From an uncultured delta proteobacterium (GTDB lineage: Bacteria; Desulfobacterota; Binatia; UBA9968), in contig CAVUVW010000027.1 in NCBI GenBank assembly GCA_963745035.1, positions 32,001 through 96,000 on the forward strand: a stretch of DNA of 64,000 nt, given 5' to 3'. Positions 20,147 to 28,601 of this stretch are shown here, piece after piece. Position numbers and translations under genes: made by a program. Under the pieces are notes generated by a model. That model had not been told where the DNA came from, searched no databases, and saw nothing but the letters and a program-made list of their open reading frames with translations. Every line of letters begins with the position of its first letter. Within the stretch, counting starts at the first letter, position 1.

Positions 20147-20181
20147 CGGATTTTGGAGCCGGTGGCTCGGGAGATTCAGCG

Positions 20182-20289
20182 ATGATCGAGCTTTATCACA
20201 ATGACATGTCGGTTTGCGCGCAGAAGGTGCGCCGGCTGCATCTTTACGAGGAGAGAGTGTTTTTTAAGTCGTCGCAGAAGTACGCCTAG
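20182..20289 (+). pseudogene. Glutathione S-transferase N-terminal stub
   Basis: MIELYHNDMSVCAQKVR is a typical GST start with a GGAG RBS; similarity stops after about 17 codons. Confidence 0.55.
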
Positions 20290-20466
20290 ACTTTCATGCT
20301 AGATCTTGAGTTCGGGCGTCTGGTCTTTAGATATCGCTTCCGTGCTGGTTCAAGCCTACCTGCAGCCAACATCGCACGTCCGATTTGTGCGCAGAAATCG
20401 TCATCACCGCATAGAAGCGCAAAAAACTCGGTGCCTCCGACGGGGTCGGCCCTCAAATTTCTGCAT
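20286..20466 (-). pseudogene. Truncated, frameshifted second gene-cassette ORF
   Basis: ATG lies inside the attC core GTTATGC; reads MQKFEG/DPVGGTEFFALLCGDDDFCAQIGRAMLAAGRLE; no downstream attC. Confidence 0.45.
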
Positions 20467-20522
20467 AACAGCAAGTTAAGCCGCCAATCGGTTCCTTGGT
20501 CAGCTTCAACTTTATGTTAGGC
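20463..20522 (-). mobile_element. Integron attC site (60 bp)
   Basis: Minus strand: R'' GCCTAAC, 5 nt, L'' GTTGAAGC (extra G), 21 nt, L' GCTTAAC, 5 nt, R' GTTATGC. Confidence 0.85.
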
Positions 20523-21004
20523 ATACGCGCTCCAGAATTTGCTCTACAACTTCCTTTAGCGGCGCCGATGTGTCTATCTCATACGATGCACCACGACGTA
20601 ACAGTGGCTCGACCTCGTCCATATTCCGAATCACTTCTTCGCGCTCCGCAGCGGTCTTACCATAAGGATTATTGGTCCGGGTGGATAATCGGTTAAGAAT
20701 GACGTCCCGAGGTGCACTCAGGAGGACAACATCTGTAAGTTGGGAGTAGAATTTGACCTGATTTTCGGCACATCCGCTGATGAATAGCGGGAGTGCTCCG
20801 GCATTGCTCAAGGCTTTCTCAACTAAATCCTCACACCAAACCTGGTTCCCAGCTGAGTCCCGATAGGAATGCGCCGGATCGTCCATGTCAATGGCACGAA
20901 AGCCCCTTTTCCGAAGCTCTTCGACGACACTCGATTTGCCGGTCGCAGACATCCCGGTGAGCAGGACCCTGGGGGCTTTCATTGGCTCGTTCATGTATGC
21001 CTAA
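20469..21004 (-). mobile_element. Integron gene cassette (orphan; no intI in window)
   Basis: Core G/TTAGGC at 21005-20999 immediately before the ATG is complementary to the cassette's own R'' GCCTAAC; single ORF with no room for a promoter. Confidence 0.8.
20512..20994 (-). CDS. P-loop nucleoside/shikimate-kinase-like (AAA_18-type) protein
   Basis: VLLTGMSATGKSS Walker A and lid motif RLSTRTNNPYGK. Confidence 0.85.
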   Translation of the reverse strand: MNEPMKAPRVLLTGMSATGKSSVVEELRKRGFRAIDMDDPAHSYRDSAGNQVWCEDLVEKALSNAGALPLFISGCAENQVKFYSQLTDVVLLSAPRDVILNRLSTRTNNPYGKTAAEREEVIRNMDEVEPLLRRGASYEIDTSAPLKEVVEQILERVCLT

Positions 21005-21178
21005 CTATTAAGTGAGGCGCTGTAGGCGCCGAAAATGCGGGTCGGCTTATCTCCGGCGGCGGCTGACAGTACAATCTAAAATTTGCTGCAATATCCATCC
21101 GCTACCCCATCCTGTCAAGGTCAGCATTACCGAAAAAAGCAGACCGGAGCGGCGGGTTGTTTGCCTGCGTCGACAAGT

Positions 21179-21207
21179 AGATCCTTCGGCATCGCCTCAG
21201 GATGACA
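21179..21207. repeat. REP-like half element
   Basis: AGATCCTTCG..CTCAGGATGACA; related inverse arm TGTCATCCCGA..GGGATCT near 50796-50826. Confidence 0.45.
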
Positions 21208-21292
21208 TTGGGGCCCTCTAAGTATTGAGCTTTACGCCCTTGCCCGGCAGGAAGGTTCCGTCGTAAAGAAAGATAGGGGACGAGGGACGATT

Positions 21293-22451
21293 ATGAAATT
21301 CTCGATCTTCATGATGCCGCTGCATCATCCGACGGAGAACCCGTCGTTGGCGTTTCGATCGCGACATCGAGTTGATTCATTACGCCGAGGAGTTGGGCTT
21401 TGACGAGTTTTTTATCGGCGAGCACCACTCCGGCGGCTGGGAAACCATGCCGGCGCCGGAGATGGCGCTGGCCAAAGCCTCGGCGCGGGCGCATCGCATT
21501 CGCCTCGGCACTTCCGTCATCAGCGTGCCGTTTCACCATCCGTTTCACGTCGCCGAGCGTATGGCATTTCTGGACCACCTGACGCATGGTCGAGCCATTC
21601 TCGGCGTCGGTCCTTGCGCTTTGGTTACGGATAAGAATCTCTTCGGATTGGCGACCGAAAAGCTATACCCGATGATGGCCGAATCCGTGGACATCATCGT
21701 GCGCCTGCTCGAGTCGCCGGAGCCGGTCGATTACGACGGGCAATTCTGGAAAATTAAACAAATGCGCCTGCAACTGCGCTCCTACCAGCAGCCGCGCATG
21801 CCACTCGCCATCGCGTCATCGGGAAATCGGGTCAGCATCGAACTCGCCGGGAAGTACGGCATGCTGTTCTTGTCGCCGGCGGGGAAAAATATACGGAACA
21901 ATCAATCCAAAGCCGAGCAGTGGAAGGCGGTCGAAGCGACCGCCGCAAAGCACGGCATGCAAACTTCTCGCGACAACTGGCGCATCGCTACTTGCGTGTA
22001 CCTCGCCGAGAGCCGGGAAGAAGCGTGGCGCGACGTCGAAGCGAGCATCGATCGCGACAAGGAGTATTTTTTTTCCATCGGCTTGAAGGCGCCTTACGAA
22101 GCTTATCCGGGGCAGCCGGCGCATGAAATCACGGCGCGTTCGGGCGCCGACCGCCGCGATTGGATCATCGGCACGCCCGACGACGCTATTGCTCAGATCG
22201 AGCGCATGCAGGCGGAAACCGGCGGTTTCGGTGGCTTGATGGTGACCACGCACGAATGGACTTCAACCGATAAGCTGCGCCGATCCTATGAACTATTCGC
22301 GCGCTATGTGATGCCACATTTTCGCGGCCACACCGACGGCTATCGCGACCAATGGCGGCGTATTCAGGAAGCTGTCAATAATGGTGGGAATGTAAGTGAG
22401 AGCGCCGGCAAGTCGGGCAACGCTACTCTTAAAGAGGGTGCGCGATCATGA
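21293..22451 (+). CDS. LLM-class flavin-dependent monooxygenase (frameshift near 21357)
   Basis: MKFSIFMMPLHHP start, GFDEFFIGEHHS and HPFHVAERMAFLDHLTHGR. Confidence 0.9.
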
Positions 22452-22517
22452 AAGACGAACAGCGCTGTGCGCGCGGTAAGTGAGCCCGCCGGTCAGCCGG
22501 GAAACCATTGCAGGGGA

Positions 22518-22871
22518 TCACTCGCGTTGAGGCATAAGTTTATAGATCTCGTCTGCCGCAAGCCTGCGTTTCGCGGTGGCGCGTGCTATCTCCGCCCTTT
22601 TCTCGGTGAGATAAACCAGATGCTCGACCTCGGCGACGTCTTTTTCCGTCGCCCATAGACGCTCGGCCTTTTCCATAGTCAATCTAGTCTGGTCCAGAGC
22701 CACCGCTGCGCGCCCGACAACATTGGGATCCTGTCGGGCGCGTTCATAGGCGTTGCGCGCGCGGTCCAAAGCCGGATTTCGCGCCGTTACGCATCCGACG
22801 AAAAAAAATGCCAGTAGCGCGAGGGACGCAAGGCTCGCTCGGCAGCGATCCGGCAAGGTATCCAACCTCAT
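22518..22871 (-). CDS. DUF4398-domain lipoprotein
   Basis: Lipobox FFVGC; ALDRAR...VEHLVYLTEKRAEIA helical pattern. Confidence 0.75.
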   Translation of the reverse strand: MRLDTLPDRCRASLASLALLAFFFVGCVTARNPALDRARNAYERARQDPNVVGRAAVALDQTRLTMEKAERLWATEKDVAEVEHLVYLTEKRAEIARATAKRRLAADEIYKLMPQRE

Positions 22872-22874
22872 GGG

Positions 22875-23309
22875 TCACTCCTTGGCAGTGGTCCTGGTCG
22901 GGCTGCGCTCCATTTCCTGTCGCAGCGCGTCGATCGTTCGCCGCAGGCGATCCGCGGCTTGGTACGTAATCTCCGCGTCGGCTTTGGCTTCCGCCAGCTC
23001 GGCTTCCACTTCCGCCGTTTCCGCCAGCCGGCGGGCTTCGTCGTATCTGCCCGCGGCCATGGCTTTCTTCGAGCTTTCCAGCTTTTCGCGCGCGCGCTGA
23101 AGGTCCATGGGCGCCAACTCGTCGGCCCGCGCCTCGGCAGCCGTGCGCAACTGGACCTCCGCCCGCGCCAAAATGTCGGTCGGCGGTTTGGCGGTGGCGC
23201 AGCCGCCGGCGAGGAAGGCGACCATCAAGAACAAACAGGCAGCGGTCGCCGCCCGCGCGAGCGCGGGGCGCCGCATCCCGCTACGTTTCGGATCGAAGAT
23301 TTTTCTCAT
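22875..23309 (-). CDS. DUF4398-domain lipoprotein
   Basis: Lipobox LAGGC; LAPMDLQRAREKL...ARRLAETAEVEAELAEAKA. Confidence 0.8.
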   Translation of the reverse strand: MRKIFDPKRSGMRRPALARAATAACLFLMVAFLAGGCATAKPPTDILARAEVQLRTAAEARADELAPMDLQRAREKLESSKKAMAAGRYDEARRLAETAEVEAELAEAKADAEITYQAADRLRRTIDALRQEMERSPTRTTAKE

Positions 23310-23452
23310 GATTTTTCCCTCGCTCGGGACTCTCTGCGCGATTTGCCGCTGCCAAAATTGTATAACTCTCAAAGCCAAGTACAAGATGGAAGCGGACATG
23401 CGCCAAGCGGGTGTTTTCGTGCCATCGAGTAACGCGGCCGTCGGACATTACC

Positions 23453-24655
23453 ATGTATTTCTATCGCGTGCCTCTCGCCGTGCCTTATTGGAGCGGCGCC
23501 ACGTATCAACGCGTTCTCCAAGCGCTTCGATCGGGAAGCGTGGTCGAAGGCATCGACCTCGATGATCTGCGATCTCGCATCGTCGAGACGCTCGGCGTCC
23601 GGGACGCGATTCTCTGCTCGTCGGGAAGCCTGGCGCTCGAGCTGGCGCTGCGCTGGTGCGGCGTAGGGACGGGCGACGAGGTGGTGATCCCAACGTTTTG
23701 TTGCAGCACGGTGGTCCCGCCGATCCTTGCAGTCGGCGCCCAGCCGGTCTTGGCCGACGTAGGCGAAGAGCTTAATCTTACCGCTGACACAGTCGGCGCG
23801 GCGCTCACGCGGCGCACCCGCGCCGTCATCGTGCCCCATCTGTTCGGCAATCCCGCCGAAATCGCCGCGATTGCCGGCCTCATCCGAGACAAAAATATCC
23901 GCCTCATCGACGACGCGGCCCAGGCGCTCGGCGCCAATCTTCATGGACAGCCGCTCGGTAGCTTCGGCGATATCGGGATTTTGAGCTTCGGCGCCGAGAA
24001 GGTCTGCTTCGGCGTGGGCGGGGGCGCGGTGGTTTCGCGGCGCGAAGATTTTTCGCAGGTGCGCGCTCAACCGGCGTTGCAGCGGCCGCGAGCTGCTGCC
24101 GCGCTCGGCGTCTTTGCGTCAACCCTGTTCTGGCGCCGCTGGCGGCGCTTCACGGTGCCGCTGCAAACCGTGATTGCGCGCAAGCGCGGCCGAGACCCCG
24201 CGGCACCGCCGCGCGGCTATCAAAGCCAAGGCATGGCCAATTTGCAGGCGGCGATCGCGTGCAGCTTGATGGAAACCCTGGCCGAAAATATCGCGGCGCG
24301 CCGGACGCGCGCGGACGCCTATCGGCGATTCTTGGCGGGCACGGCCGGCGTCGAATTGATCCCGCACCGGCCCGGCTCGGCTTGCTTGACACAAGTCATC
24401 CGCTGTCTACCTCCCGCCGGCGGGCGCGATGCGGCCGCCGAAGTGATCGCGGCGCTCGGCCGGCGCGGCTATGAAATCCAGGGCAGCTACGTGCCGATTC
24501 ACCTGCTGCACAACTTTTTCATGTGCGTCTGGGACCGTCTGCCGCATGCCGATCGGATCTGGAACGATCTCGTCGAGTTACCGTGCGAGCCCGGGGTGCC
24601 TCTCGCGTACGTCGAAAAGATCGCCGCCGTCGTCAAGGAGACGATCCATCGCTAG
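23453..24655 (+). CDS. DegT/DnrJ/EryC1/StrS-family PLP aminotransferase
   Basis: SSGSLAL, GDEVVIP, HLFGNPA, IDDAAQALG and SFGAEK (PLP lysine). Confidence 0.9.
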   Translation: MYFYRVPLAVPYWSGATYQRVLQALRSGSVVEGIDLDDLRSRIVETLGVRDAILCSSGSLALELALRWCGVGTGDEVVIPTFCCSTVVPPILAVGAQPVLADVGEELNLTADTVGAALTRRTRAVIVPHLFGNPAEIAAIAGLIRDKNIRLIDDAAQALGANLHGQPLGSFGDIGILSFGAEKVCFGVGGGAVVSRREDFSQVRAQPALQRPRAAAALGVFASTLFWRRWRRFTVPLQTVIARKRGRDPAAPPRGYQSQGMANLQAAIACSLMETLAENIAARRTRADAYRRFLAGTAGVELIPHRPGSACLTQVIRCLPPAGGRDAAAEVIAALGRRGYEIQGSYVPIHLLHNFFMCVWDRLPHADRIWNDLVELPCEPGVPLAYVEKIAAVVKETIHR

Positions 24656-24733
24656 CCAAGCGTTCGAATTTTCTCGTGCTCTGCTGTCCGGCCGCTCGCG
24701 GGCTCTTTGCTCCTCGACTGGAAGCGGAATTGT

Positions 24734-27331
24734 ATGATAACCAGCAGGAAGATGATCGCTTGCACGAGCCGTCATTTTTACCTTTGCGCGCTTCTTGCCG
24801 TGGTCTTGTTCTCGTCGTGCAGCTCCGCGCGCACCAGCTCGCGATATATTCGGTTGATCGCCTCGGTGGCCTCGGACGGGTTTACCAACTTCGAAACCGA
24901 GCCGGTGCGGCCGTTGGCCCTCTCGCCGGACGGTCATTTCCTTTACGCCCTCAACACGGCCGACGACCGCTTGGAAATCTTCGATACGCGCGGCGCGGAA
25001 CTGCGCTCGATCGGCGAAACCGCAGTCGGCCTACGGCCGGTGGCGATTGCCCTGCGCGGCAATCAGGCGTGGGTGGTCAATCATCTCTCCGATTCGGTCA
25101 GCGTGATCGATGTCAGCGAGCCGAGCCGGCCGCGCGTCGTGCGCACCCTGCAAGTGGGCGATGAGCCGCGCGGCATCGTGGTGGCGGGGCCGGGCCGCGA
25201 TCGGGTATTCGTCGCCAGCGCGTATCGCGGCGAAACCCTTACGCCCGGCATCGGCCGCGCGCAGGTGTGGATTTTCGAGGCGGCACGGCTCGACGCGGCG
25301 CCGAAGGTGCTGACTCTATTCGGCAGCAAGCCGCGGGCGCTGGCCGCCTCCGACGACGGACGCAAGGTTTACGCCGCCGTATATCTCTCGGGCAACGGCA
25401 CAACGACGGTCTCGGGCGAAGACGCGGCGCGCTTGGGCCGCGCCGCGCAGTTGTATCTCGACAACGTTCCCTACGGCGCAGTTCCCAAACAGGGACCGAT
25501 CGTGCGCCGGGTCGATGGCCGCTGGCGCGACGATGCGCAGCGCGACTGGAGCGCCGCCATCCCTTTCGATCTGCCCGACTACGACGTGTTCGGGATCGAC
25601 GCGGCCGTGGAGAACCCCACTGTTGTCGAGTCGATCGGCGGGGTCGGCACGGTGCTGTTCAACATGGCGGTGCAGCCCGGCAGTGGCGAAGTCTGGGTGT
25701 CGAACACTGAAGCTTTAAATTTTATTCCCCATGAGCCGCGCCTCCGGGCAAATTTCGCGCAAAATCGGGTGACCCGGATTCTTCCCGACGGGGTGGGTGG
25801 GAAGAATCCGGAAACTAGTTTTGCTGAAAAAGTCCGCGCGGTCGATTTGAACCCGCACATCGATCGTAGCGCCGCCGCCGGTTTGCCGACGGCGCGCGAG
25901 CTGAGCCTGGCGCAGCCGCTGGATCTTGTGTTTCATCCCGACGGCAGCCGGGCCTACGTCGCAGCTTTCGGCTCGCGCAAGGTCGGCGTGCTCGATGGCG
26001 TGGGAAAAGTCATCGACCGCATCGCGGTGGGCTTCGGACCCGGCGGCTTGGCGCTCGATGGGCGGCGCGAGCGGCTCTACGTTTTGAATCATCTCGACGC
26101 GACGATCTCGCTCGTCGACTTGCGGACGCGCCAAGCCTTCGCCACCGCGCGGCTGCGCCACGATCCCACCCCCGGGTTCGTCAAAGCCGGCCGTCCGTTT
26201 CTTTACGACGCCGCGATCAGCTCCAGACACGGCGATCTTTCCTGCGCGAGCTGCCATGTGTTCGGCGACGCCGACGGCTTGGCCTGGGATCTCGGCGACC
26301 CGGCCGGTCCGCGCATCGACTATCCCGTGAAACTCAAAAACTCCGGACTGCTTGAGCCGCGCCAATCGCTTCACCCGCTCAAAGGACCGATGGTGACCCA
26401 GAGCCTGCGCGGCCTCGCCAACGCCGCGCCTTTCCACTGGCGCGGCGACCGCTTCGGCGCTGCCTACGCGCCGGGAGAGGACATCGCGAGCTTCAAGGAT
26501 TTTAATCACGCGTTCGTCGATCTGCTCGGACGCGCGCAACCCATCGCCGACGGCGCGATGGAAGCTTTCGCGCGTTTCGCGCTGACGATCCGCTACCCGC
26601 CGAATCCCCATCAAAGGCTCGACCGGCTCATGGACGCCGAGCAGAAGGCGGGTTTTGAATTTTTCGCCGGACCGTTTCTTTCCGCGTCGGGTGCGGAGAA
26701 CTGCGTCGGATGCCACAGCCTGCCGACTGGAACCAATCAACTGGTCAATTTTGAGCATACTCAAGTGGGGCGCGACATGAAGACCGCCCATCTGCGCAAC
26801 GTCTACGATAAGATCGGACGGTTCAATGTGCCGGGGCCGCAGGTCTCCGGTTTTGGTTTGATTCACGACGGTACCTTCGACACAGTGGCGAACTTCCTGC
26901 GCATGGACGGATTTGTTTTTCCCGGCAAGACCGAAGAAGAGAAGGACCTGATCCGCCGCCAACTGCACCATTACATCATGGCCTTCGATACCGGCATGGC
27001 GCCGGCGGTAGGCTGGCAGCTCACCTTCACCGGTGAGCCGAGTGCCGGCGAGCGCCAACTGCTCCATCTTTTGGAGATTCGATCGGCGGCAGAGGAATGT
27101 GATTTGACGGCGCGCGTCTGGGAAGGGAGAGCGCAGCGCGGTTGGTTGTATCGCGAGTATGCGTATTACGGCGACCGGCGCGACGAAAAGCCGATCGAGA
27201 CGGACGCTTTACTCGGCCGTTATCGTGAGAGCGGAGAACCGATCACCTTTACCTGCGTCCCGCCCGGAGACGGGCGGCGCAGCGCCCTCGATCGCGATCT
27301 TAACGGAGTCTTGGACGGCGACGAGTACTAG
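24734..27331 (+). CDS. YncE-like beta-propeller fused to a di-heme cytochrome c domain, putative lipoprotein
   Basis: Lipobox LFSSC; YVTN-like repeats; two heme motifs CASCH and CVGCH; HWRGDR. Confidence 0.85.
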   Translation: MITSRKMIACTSRHFYLCALLAVVLFSSCSSARTSSRYIRLIASVASDGFTNFETEPVRPLALSPDGHFLYALNTADDRLEIFDTRGAELRSIGETAVGLRPVAIALRGNQAWVVNHLSDSVSVIDVSEPSRPRVVRTLQVGDEPRGIVVAGPGRDRVFVASAYRGETLTPGIGRAQVWIFEAARLDAAPKVLTLFGSKPRALAASDDGRKVYAAVYLSGNGTTTVSGEDAARLGRAAQLYLDNVPYGAVPKQGPIVRRVDGRWRDDAQRDWSAAIPFDLPDYDVFGIDAAVENPTVVESIGGVGTVLFNMAVQPGSGEVWVSNTEALNFIPHEPRLRANFAQNRVTRILPDGVGGKNPETSFAEKVRAVDLNPHIDRSAAAGLPTARELSLAQPLDLVFHPDGSRAYVAAFGSRKVGVLDGVGKVIDRIAVGFGPGGLALDGRRERLYVLNHLDATISLVDLRTRQAFATARLRHDPTPGFVKAGRPFLYDAAISSRHGDLSCASCHVFGDADGLAWDLGDPAGPRIDYPVKLKNSGLLEPRQSLHPLKGPMVTQSLRGLANAAPFHWRGDRFGAAYAPGEDIASFKDFNHAFVDLLGRAQPIADGAMEAFARFALTIRYPPNPHQRLDRLMDAEQKAGFEFFAGPFLSASGAENCVGCHSLPTGTNQLVNFEHTQVGRDMKTAHLRNVYDKIGRFNVPGPQVSGFGLIHDGTFDTVANFLRMDGFVFPGKTEEEKDLIRRQLHHYIMAFDTGMAPAVGWQLTFTGEPSAGERQLLHLLEIRSAAEECDLTARVWEGRAQRGWLYREYAYYGDRRDEKPIETDALLGRYRESGEPITFTCVPPGDGRRSALDRDLNGVLDGDEY

Positions 27332-27370
27332 TGGGGCAGAGCCGCAAGCAAGAAGTGAAAAGGATGATTT

Positions 27371-27455
27371 CACCGCAGAGACACAGAGCTCGCAGAGTTC
27401 GGAATAGTTGCTAATGACAAACTCTTATCTCGGCGTACTCTGCGCCTCCGCGGTG
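27371..27455. repeat. CACCGCAGAG...CTCCGCGGTG palindromic element
   Basis: Left arm CACCGCAGAGACACAGAG, right arm CTCTGCGCCTCCGCGGTG. Confidence 0.65.
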
Positions 27456-28601
27456 CGTTCTCTTCCGTATCACGGTTTGCTGCTGACGCTGCTTTGGCTG
27501 CCGGCATGCGCGGGGCTGCCGGCGCGCGGCAGCTTGGACGGGCAGGCGATCGAAACCCGGGTCGATTCTGAAATCGCGCGCTATTTTTTGGCGAGCTATC
27601 TCGGCGGTAAGAGAAGCGCGCCCGAGCTCGATGAGCGCATCGATGGACTCTATCGAAACAGCTCCGGCGTGCTCCCGGATCGCGCTGAGCTCAAGCGCTT
27701 GAGCGATGAGTTTTCGCCGGACTTTGCCGCGCTCTATTTCGCCGATCGGCTCGCGCGGTTTTCCGACAATCGCCGGCTGCGTCTGGCCTATGATCGGGCG
27801 CGCGCGCTGGCGCAAAATGATCTGCGCCGATCCGGCGCGCTCCTGGCGGCCATTGCCACCGACTATGAGATCGTGTTCGTGCCTGGCTATCTCTACAAGC
27901 GCCATCGCGTCACCGGCGCCGATCTCGCCGCGCCGCGTGCCGCGCTCCGGAAAGCCGGCCTCGCGCCGGGATTCATCGAAACCAGTGAAGATGGAGCCAT
28001 CGAGGCGAACGCCGAAATTATCGCCGCCGCCGTCCGCGCGCGCACGGACGGCCGCCGACTGATCCTGGTGAGCGTGAGCAAGTCAGGACCCGAGGTCGCT
28101 GCGGCGTTGACGCGTCTGGGCGCCGGCGGGGCAAGCAAAGTCGCCGCATGGGTCAATATCGCCGGCGCCTTGCAGGGCAGCCCGCTGGCGGACGAAAGTA
28201 TCTCGCAATGGGAGGACGTCATCGGCCAAGTCGATATCGCCGGGCTAACAAGCCTGAGCACGGCGCGGAGCCGGCAGCGTTTCGCCAGCTTTCACGTGCC
28301 GCGGCACGTGCTGGTGTTGAACTACATCGGCGTTCCGCTCGCCGCCAGCGTTTCCTGGCTCGGCCGCGGCGGCTATGCGCAGCTTCGCGTGCACGGACCC
28401 AACGACGGCCTGTCGTTGCTGCCCGATCTGATTTATCCGGCGGCGGCGACTCTCGCTGAAATCGGCCGCGACCATTTTCTTCTCGACGATCACACCGACG
28501 CCGCAACCATCGCGCTCGCAATCACCGTGATCCGTTATGTCGAGCTCGGCGGCGGCGCGGAGGTTGCCGCGGAACTCCGGCAGGAGAAAGCAAGACCATG
28601 A
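27453..28601 (+). CDS. Alpha/beta-hydrolase (lipase-like) lipoprotein
   Basis: Lipobox LPAC; FVPGY oxyanion segment, VSVSKSG nucleophile elbow, NDGL Asp, RDH His. Start uncertain (27414 ATG or 27453 GTG). Confidence 0.7.
   Translation: MRSLPYHGLLLTLLWLPACAGLPARGSLDGQAIETRVDSEIARYFLASYLGGKRSAPELDERIDGLYRNSSGVLPDRAELKRLSDEFSPDFAALYFADRLARFSDNRRLRLAYDRARALAQNDLRRSGALLAAIATDYEIVFVPGYLYKRHRVTGADLAAPRAALRKAGLAPGFIETSEDGAIEANAEIIAAAVRARTDGRRLILVSVSKSGPEVAAALTRLGAGGASKVAAWVNIAGALQGSPLADESISQWEDVIGQVDIAGLTSLSTARSRQRFASFHVPRHVLVLNYIGVPLAASVSWLGRGGYAQLRVHGPNDGLSLLPDLIYPAAATLAEIGRDHFLLDDHTDAATIALAITVIRYVELGGGAEVAAELRQEKARP

Noticed and set aside
21006-21120. Complete upstream attC or attI site
   Set aside because: Only the core and a possible L' remnant are present; no matching RYYYAAC/L'' and no adjacent intI.
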